Of a stretch of 32,000 nt of DNA, positions 17,702-26,943 are shown in pieces. Each line of letters starts with the position of its first letter. Within the stretch, counting starts at the first letter, position 1. The stretch covers positions 1 through 32,000 of the forward strand of contig FP565575.1 of the NCBI GenBank assembly GCA_000091165.1, in the 5' to 3' direction. The notes beneath the pieces are model-generated. The model did not search any database and had not been told where the DNA came from. It saw only the letters and a program-made list of their open reading frames with translations. The position numbers and the translations under genes were made by a program. The DNA is from Candidatus Methylomirabilis oxygeniifera. GTDB lineage: Bacteria; Methylomirabilota; Methylomirabilia; Methylomirabilales; Methylomirabilaceae.

Positions 17702-19630
17702 TGTACGCCCGTCATGGGCATGTGCTTATGGGGTGGAGGTCCCCTGTGGGAGAACCACCGTCAAGGTATGTGACGTCAACCACCAGCTTAAGGCAAGGGC
17801 AGTCCCGCGAGAGGCTGTCCGAAGGAAGCCGGCGGCAAAGCTGCGAGCCGAGGAACACGAACGCCATAGAAGGCCGACATCCCCGGGGCGAGTCAGCACA
17901 ACATGACAAAGCCCTGTGGTTCGGGGGACACGGTAAATGGCGCGGTTGTGCAGCCATAGTGCATGTCCTTATCCGGGGAGATCTGCTCGGCGTGCGGCCC
18001 GTGGTCGCCAGGGGAGCCGGACTGAGGCCCAGCCCGAAAGGGCTGGATACGCCACCGGACCCTACCGCGGCCCGGGCAGCGCGTACCGGAGTAATCCGGG
18101 ACGTAATCGGGCAGAAGTCAGCAGAGGCCATAGTAGGCGGGACGGCCGCAGCGGTCCGATCGCCCAAGGGCCGAACACGATGGCGCAAGGAGGAGCCGTG
18201 AGCCGCTCGGAGGAGACGTCGAACCCGTCCGGGGGAGTCTGCCACCGGCGCGGCCCCACGCAGCCAGCCTTGCACGACCACCTCATGGAGCGGGTGCTGG
18301 ACCGTGCGAACCTGCAACGGGCGTGGAAACAAGTCCAAGCCAACCGAGGTGCCCCGGGCATCGACGGCATGACGGTAGACGAGTTCCCCACCTTTGCCCG
18401 TGCGCACTGGGCCGATATCCGCCAAGCCCTGTTCGATGGCGTCTATCAGCCTTCTCCCGCACGGCGGGTGTTCATCCCTAAGCCCGGTGGTCGTGGTCAG
18501 CGTCCGCTGGGCATCCCCATCGTCCTGGATCGGCTGATCTGTCAAGCCATTCAGCAGGTCCTCACGCCGATCTTCGACCCGCACTTCTCGGAGTCGAGCT
18601 TCGGCTTCCGGCCTCGTCGCGCTGCCCACGGAGCCCTCAGGCAGGTAACGCGCGTCCTCCGGGAAGGCCGCCGCATGGCCGTGGATCTTGATCTGGCTCA
18701 GTTTTTCGACCAGGTCTCCCACGACGTGCTGATCGTCCGATTGAGCCGCAGGGTGTCCGATAGGCGCCTGCTGGCTTTGATCGGCCGCTACCTGCGGGCG
18801 GGCGTCCTGGCCGGGGAGGTCATTCAGGCAACCGAACTCGGGACCCCACAAGGGTCTCCGCTTTCGCCGTTGCTCGGCAACATCCTGTTGGACGACCTCG
18901 ACAAGGAACTGGAACGACGCCGGCTGCGTTTTGCCCGTTACGCTGATGATCTGCTCATCGTGGTCAACAGCGTGCGGGCCGGCCTGCGCGTCAAGGCCAG
19001 CCTCACCCGGTACCTGACCCGCCGGTTGAAACTGGTCGTCAATGAAGCCAAGAGCCGCGTGTGTCCCATCCGCGAGTGCACCTTCCTCGGGTTCACCTTT
19101 CGAGGGAGCAAACTCCGCTGGTCGGACGAGGCCTTCGCAGACTTCCAATACCGGGTCCGTCAACTGACCGGTCGCAGTTGGGGGGTCTCGATGTCCTACC
19201 GGCTCCGCCGACTTGCCCAGTACCTGAGAGGCTGGATGAACTACTTTGGCATCTCGGAGTATTACCGGCCCGTGCCGGAAATCGACCACTGGATTCGACG
19301 GCGTCTCCGTATGTGCTATTGGAAACAGTGGCGCTGGGCGCGAACCAAGGTGCGTCACCTTCTGGCCTTGGGGACCAGCCGGAGTCATGCGATCCTGACC
19401 GCCATTAGTCGGAAAAGCTACTGGCATCTGTCCAAGACCCTGGCAACCCAGACCGGCATGACCAATCAGTGGCTTGCCAGCCAGGGGCTTCTCTCGGTCC
19501 GTGCCCTGTGGATCAAGGCCCATGGCTACGCCTGAGGTTTCGTGTGCTCCACCGTCGTGAACCGCCCGGTGCGGACCCGCATGCCGGGTGGTGTGGGGGC
19601 TGGGGGTTAAAAACCCCCGGCTACCCGATT
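17702..19630 (+). mobile_element. Group II intron with intron-encoded reverse transcriptase/maturase (ends approximate)
   Basis: A structured 5' region begins around GTGTACGCCC. A domain V-like hairpin GAACCGCCCGGTGCGGACCCGCATGCCGGGTGGTGTGGGGGC and a D6-like GGGGGTTAAAAACCCCCGGCTACCCGAT follow the RT ORF. Confidence 0.8.
17937..19535 (+). CDS. ltrA: Group II intron reverse transcriptase/maturase
   Basis: RT motifs PKPGGRGQRPLGIP, FGFRPRRAAHGAL, GTPQGSPLSPLLGNILLD and RFARYADDLLIVV, plus maturase domain X. No obvious HNH endonuclease domain. The true start is probably downstream of 17937. Confidence 0.93.
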   Translation: MARLCSHSACPYPGRSARRAARGRQGSRTEAQPERAGYATGPYRGPGSAYRSNPGRNRAEVSRGHSRRDGRSGPIAQGPNTMAQGGAVSRSEETSNPSGGVCHRRGPTQPALHDHLMERVLDRANLQRAWKQVQANRGAPGIDGMTVDEFPTFARAHWADIRQALFDGVYQPSPARRVFIPKPGGRGQRPLGIPIVLDRLICQAIQQVLTPIFDPHFSESSFGFRPRRAAHGALRQVTRVLREGRRMAVDLDLAQFFDQVSHDVLIVRLSRRVSDRRLLALIGRYLRAGVLAGEVIQATELGTPQGSPLSPLLGNILLDDLDKELERRRLRFARYADDLLIVVNSVRAGLRVKASLTRYLTRRLKLVVNEAKSRVCPIRECTFLGFTFRGSKLRWSDEAFADFQYRVRQLTGRSWGVSMSYRLRRLAQYLRGWMNYFGISEYYRPVPEIDHWIRRRLRMCYWKQWRWARTKVRHLLALGTSRSHAILTAISRKSYWHLSKTLATQTGMTNQWLASQGLLSVRALWIKAHGYA

Positions 19631-20509
19631 AGACGCCACCCGGTGCCGGGGGGTGCTCGCGGACGAAGACTTGAAACGAGATGTCCGAAGGGAGGAGTGT
19701 TTGCAGAGGACTGAGAAGGCCGAGTGCGAGCCACTGAACGGCCGAGACGAACAGCGAGGAACGGCGATCGTAGCGAAGGCGCTGCCACAGGCCTGTGCGG
19801 GTGAATGAGGGCAGTGTGCTGCGGTGGACCTCGCGAAAGCCATGAGACCGGAGCATGCCGGCGAGAGCGACGGGGTGGAAGTACGTCAGGTGAGGAGAAG
19901 GGAAGCCACGTTGCCACATGCGGTCAAGGGGTCCATGGAGACCGAGGCAGCTGAAGAGCCGCGCGAGCCGGAAAAGCACGCCCTTGCTGTTTGGAAGTAC
20001 CAGAGAACGAGGTGGCCTCCCGGCGATAGGCGCTGGAAGCACGCCGCGGCGGCGTCTCGGGGCGAAGGAAGATGCTCGAAGACGTCGTGAAAGCTGATGA
20101 CGTCGAAGACGGCGCGTTCAGGAAGGTCCTGAGGAAAGAACCCGGATATGACCGAGAGCCCGTCACGGCGCGCTTGAGCGGCGATAGCAGGATCCGGCTC
20201 CAGGCCGGTAGTGAGATAGCCACGCCGAGAGGCCTCTTGCAGGAACCACCCGTGCGCGCAGCCGACGTCGAGGAGCCGGGCCGGCTGAGGAATAGGAAGC
20301 TGCTGGAGGGTATCCAGCACGCGTTCGAAGCCGCGATGCCGAAGAGTGTCAAGGGCCTCTCGTCGTTCGGTCTCGTCGATAGTGCTGTGGGTCGCGTCGT
20401 CCCCGATGGCCGGCGTCAGAGTGGACGCGAGGAGGCCGCACCTCTGGCATTCGAACCAGTAGCCCCGGTGCGGACCGTTCATTTCGGACTGGCAGAGAAG
20501 GCAGTTCAT
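19629..20509 (-). pseudogene. Zinc-ribbon plus class I SAM-dependent methyltransferase, frameshifted
   Basis: The N-terminal frame (20509 downwards) has MNCLLCQSEM, LLDVGCAHGWFLQEA and DVISFHDVFEHLPSP. Near 20010 the frame switches, and LPNSKGVLFRLARLFSCLGLHGPLDRMWQRGFPSPHLTYFHP continues in the neighbouring frame (ORF 19629-20042). Confidence 0.72.
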
Positions 20510-20534
20510 CAGTGGTGTGGGCAGGCGTCTTCCA

Positions 20535-22139
20535 GCTAACTTGCCTCAGACGGCACGGGACAGGTAACTTGTAGGCCGAATGAGCGTGCGCGTGTGATGA
20601 GCGAGTGGATCTGCCGTTGGCGGTAGCGCTCCTCAGCGGACGCGGCCGAAGCGCGAATGTAGGCGGCACCCTTGGTGAGCATGGTCCAAACGATACGGGT
20701 GAGTTTATGGGCGGTGGTGGTGATCGCCACGGGTTTGCCAGCCCGGGCGGCGATCCGCCAACAGAACGCCCCCAACGCCGTCTCCGTGCGGCCCGCCGCC
20801 TGAGCGGCAAGCCTGAGGGCTTTCGACACCCGATTGGCACACGACCGCGTCCTGCGCCGGAGCACCTTCCCCCCCGAGATGTCGTGGGCGGGGCACAGGC
20901 CCAACCACGACGCGAACCGGCCCGGCGTTTCGAATCGGTCGATGTTCAATCCCACCTCCGCCATGATGATGCTCGCGGTGCTGTCGCTGATCCCATCGAT
21001 CTCCGTCAAATCCACCTCGCTCGTCTGTTTCCAGGACGCCACAATGTCGACCGTGTAGTCGGATTTGCTCTTCCGGCGGGGGGTCCGCTCCCCATCATCG
21101 GCATGTCCTGCCTGCGCCGAGCTCGGACGGGCGTCGACCGCACGTTTGATCGCCGCCTCAGTCTCGCCAATCAGACGCTGGTAGGTGTCCCAGAGTGTCA
21201 CCGCGTGGGAGAGGGCCAACAGATGCTCGGATCGCCACGTGCCCACCAGGGCCCGTCCGAAGGTGTCCGCATCGTATTTGCAGCGGCGATCTCGGAACTC
21301 GACCAGCGTCTGTGGACTCCGCTCTCCGGACAGGATCGCCCGGATGATCCCCATCCCGGTCTTGCCCGTGATGTCGGCCACTACCTCCGTCAGACGGACG
21401 TTCATCTGGATCATCGCCTTCTGCATCAACTGGACTTGGCGCGCCGCCGCATCGATCAGCTCCTGTCGTTGCCGGACCAGCGACCGCACCCGACATGCCT
21501 GGTCGTCCGGTCGGAAGGACGCCCGTAACAAGCCAAACGCATGCAGCTCCTGGAGCCACTGGCAATCCTTCAGGTCCGACTTGCGGCCCGGAACCGATTT
21601 CAACTCGCGCGGATTCACCAGACACACCTCGACCCCGGCCGACGCGAGCACATCGTACAGTGGAATCCAATAGACCCCCGTCGATTCCATTGCGACCGTC
21701 GTAATCCGCTCGGCACGGAGCCACTCCCGGATCGCCTCCAGATCGTCTGTAAACATCCCGAATCGACGGACCGTTTCGCCTTCACGGTCCGCCGGTATCG
21801 CCACCCACATCATCTCTCGTGACCCCACGTCGATGCCCGCGCTGTCGGGGTGGATGATTTCCCAGTGCCTACGCAAACGGTTCTTTCCGGCCATACATCC
21901 TCCTCGGCTTCTGTTTGATCAAAACGCCGTAGGCGATGCTCGATGCTAATTCTTCCAAGCGAGGTCGGCCACCCGGCCGCCATCAGTGATCCATCCTGCC
22001 ATCGCCCAGGTCATGCTAACGAACGGGCTCGAAGGCACCATTGCTGCTCCGACCTCTCCGGCGTCCATCACCCGCACCAGCATCATTGTGCCACAGTTAG
22101 TCGTTTTTCCATCGCGCGGCCCGCGGGTGGGGGCTAACT
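20535..22139 (-). mobile_element. IS110-family insertion sequence (ends approximate)
   Basis: IS110 transposase plus a roughly 240-nt non-coding end 5' of the gene. A shared heptamer GCTAACT occurs at 20535-20541 and 22133-22139. Confidence 0.6.
20536..21894 (-). CDS. IS110 family transposase
   Basis: N-terminal DEDD domain (HPDSAGIDVGSREMMWVAIP, VAMESTGVYWIPLYDVL, GRKSDLKDCQWLQ) and C-terminal IDGISDSTASIIMAEVG and FASWLGLCPAHDISGGK. Confidence 0.95.
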   Translation of the reverse strand: MAGKNRLRRHWEIIHPDSAGIDVGSREMMWVAIPADREGETVRRFGMFTDDLEAIREWLRAERITTVAMESTGVYWIPLYDVLASAGVEVCLVNPRELKSVPGRKSDLKDCQWLQELHAFGLLRASFRPDDQACRVRSLVRQRQELIDAAARQVQLMQKAMIQMNVRLTEVVADITGKTGMGIIRAILSGERSPQTLVEFRDRRCKYDADTFGRALVGTWRSEHLLALSHAVTLWDTYQRLIGETEAAIKRAVDARPSSAQAGHADDGERTPRRKSKSDYTVDIVASWKQTSEVDLTEIDGISDSTASIIMAEVGLNIDRFETPGRFASWLGLCPAHDISGGKVLRRRTRSCANRVSKALRLAAQAAGRTETALGAFCWRIAARAGKPVAITTTAHKLTRIVWTMLTKGAAYIRASAASAEERYRQRQIHSLITRARSFGLQVTCPVPSEAS

Positions 22140-22360
22140 ATTGAGTGAACCGCTCAGGCTCTGAGATAGACTGCGCAGTCTATTCAATCCCAGTTCGTAA
22201 GGCTTCCTGCGGAAAACACCTGCAATATACACTACTTGGGCTTGTGTTTGTCAACTTGATTTGGCCCACTTTGATCATCTGATTTGGCCCACCCTGTGAG
22301 ACAACACAGGGTGTTGTGCTCGCCGTGGTCGTCCCGCTCGTGTGTGTGTGGTGTCTGCGT

Positions 22361-23239
22361 CTACGCCCCTTTCGCTCGCCGCTGTCTGGCCAGCGTCCGT
22401 CGGAATCGATAGGATTCCGTTCCGGTCTCGATGATGTGCGCCTGGTCGGTGAGCCGATCGATCATGGCTTTGCATAACCGCGCATTGGGAAACATCGTCG
22501 TCCACTCGGAAAACGGCAGGTTCGTGGTGACAATGACCGCGGCCCGTTCCGCCCGCCCCGCGATCACCTGAAACAATACTTCCCCGGCGGTCTCCGGCAT
22601 CGTCACGTACGCCATTTCATCCACCACGAGCACCTCGTAGCGCATCCAGCGCGCCAACACCCGACTCAACTCGTTTTGGTGGCGCGCCTCCATCAACTCG
22701 TTCACCAACTCGGCCGCCGTCGTGAACCGTACGCGCTTCCGCTGCCGGCAGGCGACGACGGCCAGCGCGATCGCCAGGTGCGTCTTGCCGGTCCCGGCGT
22801 CGCCGAGGAAAAGCACGGGTTCCGCCCGCCCGATCCAGTCGCCGGTGCCGAGTGTGCGGACTACTGACGCCGAGACCTGCGGGGCCATCGTGAAGTCGAA
22901 GTCCTCGAGGGTCTTGACCTTGGGCAACCGCGCCTCCTTGATCCGGCGCGCCACGACGTTCCGCTCCCGTTCTTCGACCTCCGCCTCCAATAAGGCCTCC
23001 AAGTATGCCAGGTGGCTCTGGTGCGCCTTTGCCGCGTGTTCTGCCTGTCGCCCGCACTGACCCGCGACGGTCGGGAGATGTAACTGTCGACACCACTGGG
23101 TGATGGCCGCGACCTCAACAGGGGCGCTCACTGGAGCACCTCTGTCGTGAGCGAGCCCAGCAACCGATCGTACGCGGCCATGCTTGGCAGGGGCCGTTCG
23201 TAGCGCGCCAATCGCCCGATCTCGATCGCCTCCGGGCAC
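22361..23239 (-). CDS. istB: IS21 family helper ATPase IstB
   Basis: Walker [17 protein letters not shown], Walker [13 protein letters not shown], and the IstB C-terminus [26 protein letters not shown]. Confidence 0.94.
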   Translation of the reverse strand: MPGGDRDRAIGALRTAPAKHGRVRSVAGLAHDRGAPVSAPVEVAAITQWCRQLHLPTVAGQCGRQAEHAAKAHQSHLAYLEALLEAEVEERERNVVARRIKEARLPKVKTLEDFDFTMAPQVSASVVRTLGTGDWIGRAEPVLFLGDAGTGKTHLAIALAVVACRQRKRVRFTTAAELVNELMEARHQNELSRVLARWMRYEVLVVDEMAYVTMPETAGEVLFQVIAGRAERAAVIVTTNLPFSEWTTMFPNARLCKAMIDRLTDQAHIIETGTESYRFRRTLARQRRAKGA

Positions 23240-24699
23240 GGCCTGACGGACTGGGGCGCCTGGTCCAGCAAGTAGCGGATGGCCGCCACATCGGAGACGC
23301 CGAGTTCGACGGCCTCGTGTACCACCGCCCGTAGCCGCTCATAGCTATGCTGCCGTCCTAGCAGTAAGACCTCGATCATCGCCCGCGTCCCTTGCTGCCG
23401 GCCGTGACGGTGCCGGAGCGTCTCCCAAAATCGATCGAAGCTCTCCGGCCATTTCCCCTGCGCCCGCCATTGGTGTAGGGGCGTCGATCCGGCGAAGGCG
23501 CCTGGCTTCTTCAGGAGGACGTCCAGGTAATGCTCCAGCTCCAGTACCGGCTGCTGTCGTCCAAAACACCGTTCGTGCTGCGCTACCCGTCGCCCGTCGT
23601 ACCAGACCTCCACATAGGCCGCCTGCACCTTGGCCTCCACCCGTGTCCCCACCGGGAGCGGGACCGAGTACCAGTTCGTCCGCACCTTGACACACCCGCT
23701 GCTGTTCACCATCGGAAACGACACCGCGGCTAGGTCGAACCCCTCGTGGGCGAGCGGCAACAGGTGCTCCCGTTCGAGGACCATCGCCGCCCCCACGGTG
23801 TGGGTCCGGCCGGCAATGACCCGCTGTGCGTCCTCCCGGCATCCGGCCACCAGCAGGGCGTTCAGCTGGGCGAGATCGGGGGCCACCGGGAGCGGCACCA
23901 AGTAGTTCCGCCGGAACTGTCCCCCTTCCCCTTCGACGCCGCCCTTCTCGTGGCCTCGTGCGGGATTGCAAAACTCGCTCTCGAACCCCCAATGCGATCG
24001 GAAGGCGACGAACCGCGCCGTCTCTTCCCGCTGACGGCCACGCAGGATCTTCTGCACCGCACTCTTCAGATTATCGTAGCGGAGCTGGTGGAAGACCCCA
24101 CCAAAGTAGGCGAAGGCCTCCTCGTGAGCCTCCAGAAAGGCCTGCTGTGTCGCATGCCGGTAGGCGCGGTGAAACGCCGCGCCGCTGGCCATGCTGCGCA
24201 TACAGAAGATGGCGACCTGTTCCCGTTCGCCCTCCACCTCTGCCCACGCCTCATACCAGTCCACTTGTGCCTCGACGCCCCACGTGTAGCTCTGCGGAAT
24301 GAAGGTATCGCGTGTCACGAGGCTCAGCGCTCCCTTGCGTTGCCGCACGTACCGACGAATGGTCGATTCTCCCACCGGCCACTCCGGCTTCTCCTGGCAC
24401 ACTCGCCGCCAGATCCGATGCGCCGTATGCCGTTGTTTCCGTGGGGCGTGCCGATCCGCTTCCAAGATCTCGTCGATGAAGGCCGCGATCGGTCCCAGCG
24501 TCGGCCGCTGCCGTGTCGCTCGCTTCCGCGCGGGTGGTACCGCGCCGGCTAAGGCCTGCCGTACCATCCGCCGGTGCACCCCGAACGTGCGCGCGACCCC
24601 AGTGATCGTACCCTCTCCATGCTCATATTCCCGTCTCATCTGCTCGAATAGCTCCACCGTTTTTCTCCTCGTGCTCACCCGGCCTCCCTTCCGGGCCAT
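23128..24699 (-). CDS. istA: IS21 family transposase IstA
   Basis: N-terminal HTH ([23 protein letters not shown]), an rve-type integrase core ([16 protein letters not shown]), and overlap with istB. Confidence 0.94.
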   Translation of the reverse strand: MARKGGRVSTRRKTVELFEQMRREYEHGEGTITGVARTFGVHRRMVRQALAGAVPPARKRATRQRPTLGPIAAFIDEILEADRHAPRKQRHTAHRIWRRVCQEKPEWPVGESTIRRYVRQRKGALSLVTRDTFIPQSYTWGVEAQVDWYEAWAEVEGEREQVAIFCMRSMASGAAFHRAYRHATQQAFLEAHEEAFAYFGGVFHQLRYDNLKSAVQKILRGRQREETARFVAFRSHWGFESEFCNPARGHEKGGVEGEGGQFRRNYLVPLPVAPDLAQLNALLVAGCREDAQRVIAGRTHTVGAAMVLEREHLLPLAHEGFDLAAVSFPMVNSSGCVKVRTNWYSVPLPVGTRVEAKVQAAYVEVWYDGRRVAQHERCFGRQQPVLELEHYLDVLLKKPGAFAGSTPLHQWRAQGKWPESFDRFWETLRHRHGRQQGTRAMIEVLLLGRQHSYERLRAVVHEAVELGVSDVAAIRYLLDQAPQSVRPCPEAIEIGRLARYERPLPSMAAYDRLLGSLTTEVLQ

Positions 24700-25224
24700 T
24701 CGGCCCGGAATATGATACGCCGGCGTGGGGGTAGAGGGTGGGCCAAATCAGATGATCGAAGTGGGCCAATTTAGAGTAGCGAAATCAACTCTCTCTAGAC
24801 CATGATCGCCTCGATATACTGCCGGGCGTGGCAGTATATCGAGATATCGCCCGCGGGATACCCCGGAAGCTCCGGGCGGGTCTGCCGAAAACAGGACGGC
24901 CCTTTGGGGCTTACAATCTCCAAAGGGCCGTGATGAATTCCGTCAGTCGGACGCTGGTCCGGTTCGCGTGTAGGTTTCCACCGGCTGCCATAACCACTCT
25001 CCCTCGTCCCACGGAACAGGTGCCACTACTGACCGCTAGGCAGGGCTGTCGAAGTGGCCCGATGATAATGTCCGATTCAGACAGGGGTCAAGAGAAAAGT
25101 ATAGCGAGGAGAACAGATTGAGGCGACAAGCCGTGGACAGATAAGCAAGAAGCGCAGAGGACAAATCCTGGTAGCAGTTAGATGAACAAAAAAAGGGGAG
25201 CTGCAGGGTGGTATGACCTCGGTA

Positions 25225-25254
25225 TTGACGGTATCGTCTTGGGGGGGATATACT
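25225..25254 (+). promoter_or_regulatory. Sigma70-like promoter upstream of csoR
   Basis: TTGACG (25225-25230), an 18-nt spacer, then TATACT (25249-25254). Confidence 0.6.
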
Positions 25255-25274
25255 TTACCCAGGTAGGGTATAGT
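25252..25274 (+). promoter_or_regulatory. Candidate CsoR operator overlapping the -10 element
   Basis: ACTTTACCC-AGGTA-GGGTATAGT. The 9-bp arms have one mismatch and sit directly upstream of the csoR-like gene. Confidence 0.55.
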
Positions 25275-25297
25275 GCGATACACATTTGGAGGCTGGG

Positions 25298-25576
25298 ATG
25301 ATCGACGAGGAGGCGAAGCAAAAGGCGCTGGCCCGCTTGAGTCGGATCGAGGGCCAGGTGCAGGGCGTACAGCGGATGGTGGAGGAGGGGAAGTACTGCG
25401 TCGATATCCTGCTCCAACTCTCCGCCATCGAGGGCGCGTTGGAACAGGTTCGCAAGATCCTCCTCGGCCGTCATATCGAATCGTGTGTTGCGGAGGCGAT
25501 GGCCGCCGGGCGGGCGGAGGATCGTCAGAAGAAGATCGAAGAGCTTCTGGAGGTCTTCTCGCGTTACGGCCGGTAG
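25298..25576 (+). CDS. csoR: CsoR/RcnR/FrmR-family metal-sensitive transcriptional repressor
   Basis: RLSRIEGQVQGVQRMVEEGKYCVDILLQLSAIEGALEQVRKILLGRHIESCV, with the copper-type Cys-His-Cys ligand set. Confidence 0.9.
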   Translation: MIDEEAKQKALARLSRIEGQVQGVQRMVEEGKYCVDILLQLSAIEGALEQVRKILLGRHIESCVAEAMAAGRAEDRQKKIEELLEVFSRYGR

Positions 25577-25749
25577 GGCAATAGGAAGCGCTTGGCTGTC
25601 GGCTCTCAGCCTCCAGAAGACACAAACCAGAAACGAGCAATAGTGAGGATAATTCGGTGGATTCGGGGTTCCTGCGGCCATTAGTCTTGCATCAGATGCT
25701 GATCGCTGATTGCTGACGGCCGGCTGCTAACAAGTGACGGAGTGACTAG

Positions 25750-26943
25750 GTGCGATACGACACGATCGTAGTTGGCGGCGGCCCTGCCGGGGCAACGGCG
25801 GCGTTGACGCTGGCAACGGCGGGTGCCAGGGTGCTCCTGCTGGAGCGGCGAAGATTGCCTCGCTATAAGGCGTGCGGTGGCTGCCTATCGCAACGGGTGG
25901 AGCGGCTGCTCCCGTTCGACCATGGTAGGCTGATCGAGGAACGGATCACCGGCCTCACCTTTACGTGGCGCGGTCGTGATCCGATCGAGGCGACCTTCCC
26001 GGAGCCGGTGGCCTTTATGGTCTGGCGCAACACGTTTGATCAGGCCCTATGCAGCCGTGCGGTTGACGCCGGAGTTGAGCTGCAGGACGGACAGACAGTC
26101 CGGGCTGTCAAAGCATCAGCGAATTATATCGAGGTCGATCTTGAAGGCAGAACCGTGACCGCTGATTTCCTGGTTGGGGCTGATGGAGCCTGCGGCGTTG
26201 TTGCCAGGGATCTGTTTCCGGATCGCGCGCAGCCTGGTCTCGTGGCGCTGGATGCGGAGCTTCCCTTGACGAGTACGGGAGAGGCCAAACTGAAAGACCG
26301 GGTTATCCTCGATGTGGGTCAGGCGCCGGGAGGGTATGGCTGGGCTTTTCCGAAGGGCGGGGTAGCCTCTGTCGGCGTGGCGGTCGACCGCAGAGCGGCG
26401 AAGCGAGTCCAGTCGTGTCTGACGGCCTTCCTGAACTCGAGTGGGTTCGGTGACCGTAACGCGATGCGGACCACCGGTGCGCTGATTCCAATCCATTGCG
26501 GCGGGAACCGCTCGCTTCATCGCGGACGTGCGCTTCTTACAGGCGATGCGGCACGCCTGGTCGATCCCTTTCTGGGAGAAGGGATCTACTACGCCATCCA
26601 GAGCGGACAACACGCGGCGCAGACCATTCTGACAGACGGGAGCCGCAACGGTGATCTTTCGTCATATCAGGCGGCGGTGTCGAGGACGATCATCCCGGAG
26701 CTCGAGGCGGCCGGTCGGCTAAGCCGGGCGGCCCACCGGGCTCCGTGGCTGTGGTTTCAGGTGCTCAAGCGGCGTCGTGCGGTGATCGATCTGTACAGGA
26801 AGGTCTTGATGGGTGAAGCGAGTTACCGATGGTTCGAGGATCGGGTCTGGGCAGGGACGCCTCGTTCCATCGTCATGCTGTTTGGTCTCTGGGCTGGTCG
26901 AGGAGCGCTCAGCGACAGGCGCCAAAGTGCAGAAAGCTGGTAA
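25750..26943 (+). CDS. Geranylgeranyl reductase family FAD-dependent oxidoreductase
   Basis: [38 protein letters not shown] and [26 protein letters not shown]. Confidence 0.9.
   Translation: MRYDTIVVGGGPAGATAALTLATAGARVLLLERRRLPRYKACGGCLSQRVERLLPFDHGRLIEERITGLTFTWRGRDPIEATFPEPVAFMVWRNTFDQALCSRAVDAGVELQDGQTVRAVKASANYIEVDLEGRTVTADFLVGADGACGVVARDLFPDRAQPGLVALDAELPLTSTGEAKLKDRVILDVGQAPGGYGWAFPKGGVASVGVAVDRRAAKRVQSCLTAFLNSSGFGDRNAMRTTGALIPIHCGGNRSLHRGRALLTGDAARLVDPFLGEGIYYAIQSGQHAAQTILTDGSRNGDLSSYQAAVSRTIIPELEAAGRLSRAAHRAPWLWFQVLKRRRAVIDLYRKVLMGEASYRWFEDRVWAGTPRSIVMLFGLWAGRGALSDRRQSAESW

Larger units (their letters stand above)
22257..24772 (-). mobile_element. IS21-family insertion sequence (ends approximate)
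   Basis: istA and istB genes flanked by inverted ends. The left end is TGATTTGGCCCACTTTGATCATCTGATTTGGCCCACCCT. The right-end reverse complement is TAAATTGGCCCACTTCGATCATCTGATTTGGCCCACCCT. Confidence 0.88.

Noticed and set aside
17712-19523. 603-aa minus-strand ORF
   Set aside because: Antisense to the group II intron RT. The composition looks like a high-GC shadow frame with no recognisable domain, and the plus strand has clear RT motifs.
20605-21528. 307-aa plus-strand ORF inside the IS110 element (also 21158-21724 minus, 21185-21673 plus)
   Set aside because: Shadow frames of the IS110 transposase; low-complexity Arg/Pro-rich translations.
23345-24552. 215-aa (minus) and 268-aa (plus) ORFs over istA
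   Set aside because: They overlap the well-supported IstA frame and show no family motifs.
22251-24790. TCAACT hexamer at both flanks as a proven IS21 target duplication
   Set aside because: With this choice the conserved terminal motifs would be asymmetrically placed (6 versus 17 nt from the end), and a hexamer match by chance is plausible. Mentioned only as an alternative.
24828-25121. 97-aa plus ORF after the IS21 end
   Set aside because: It overlaps the hairpin cluster, has no family motif, and is more likely a fragment or spurious frame.
25178-25681. 167-aa minus ORF opposite csoR
   Set aside because: The plus-strand CsoR frame has strong family signatures, promoter and operator; the antisense frame is a shadow.
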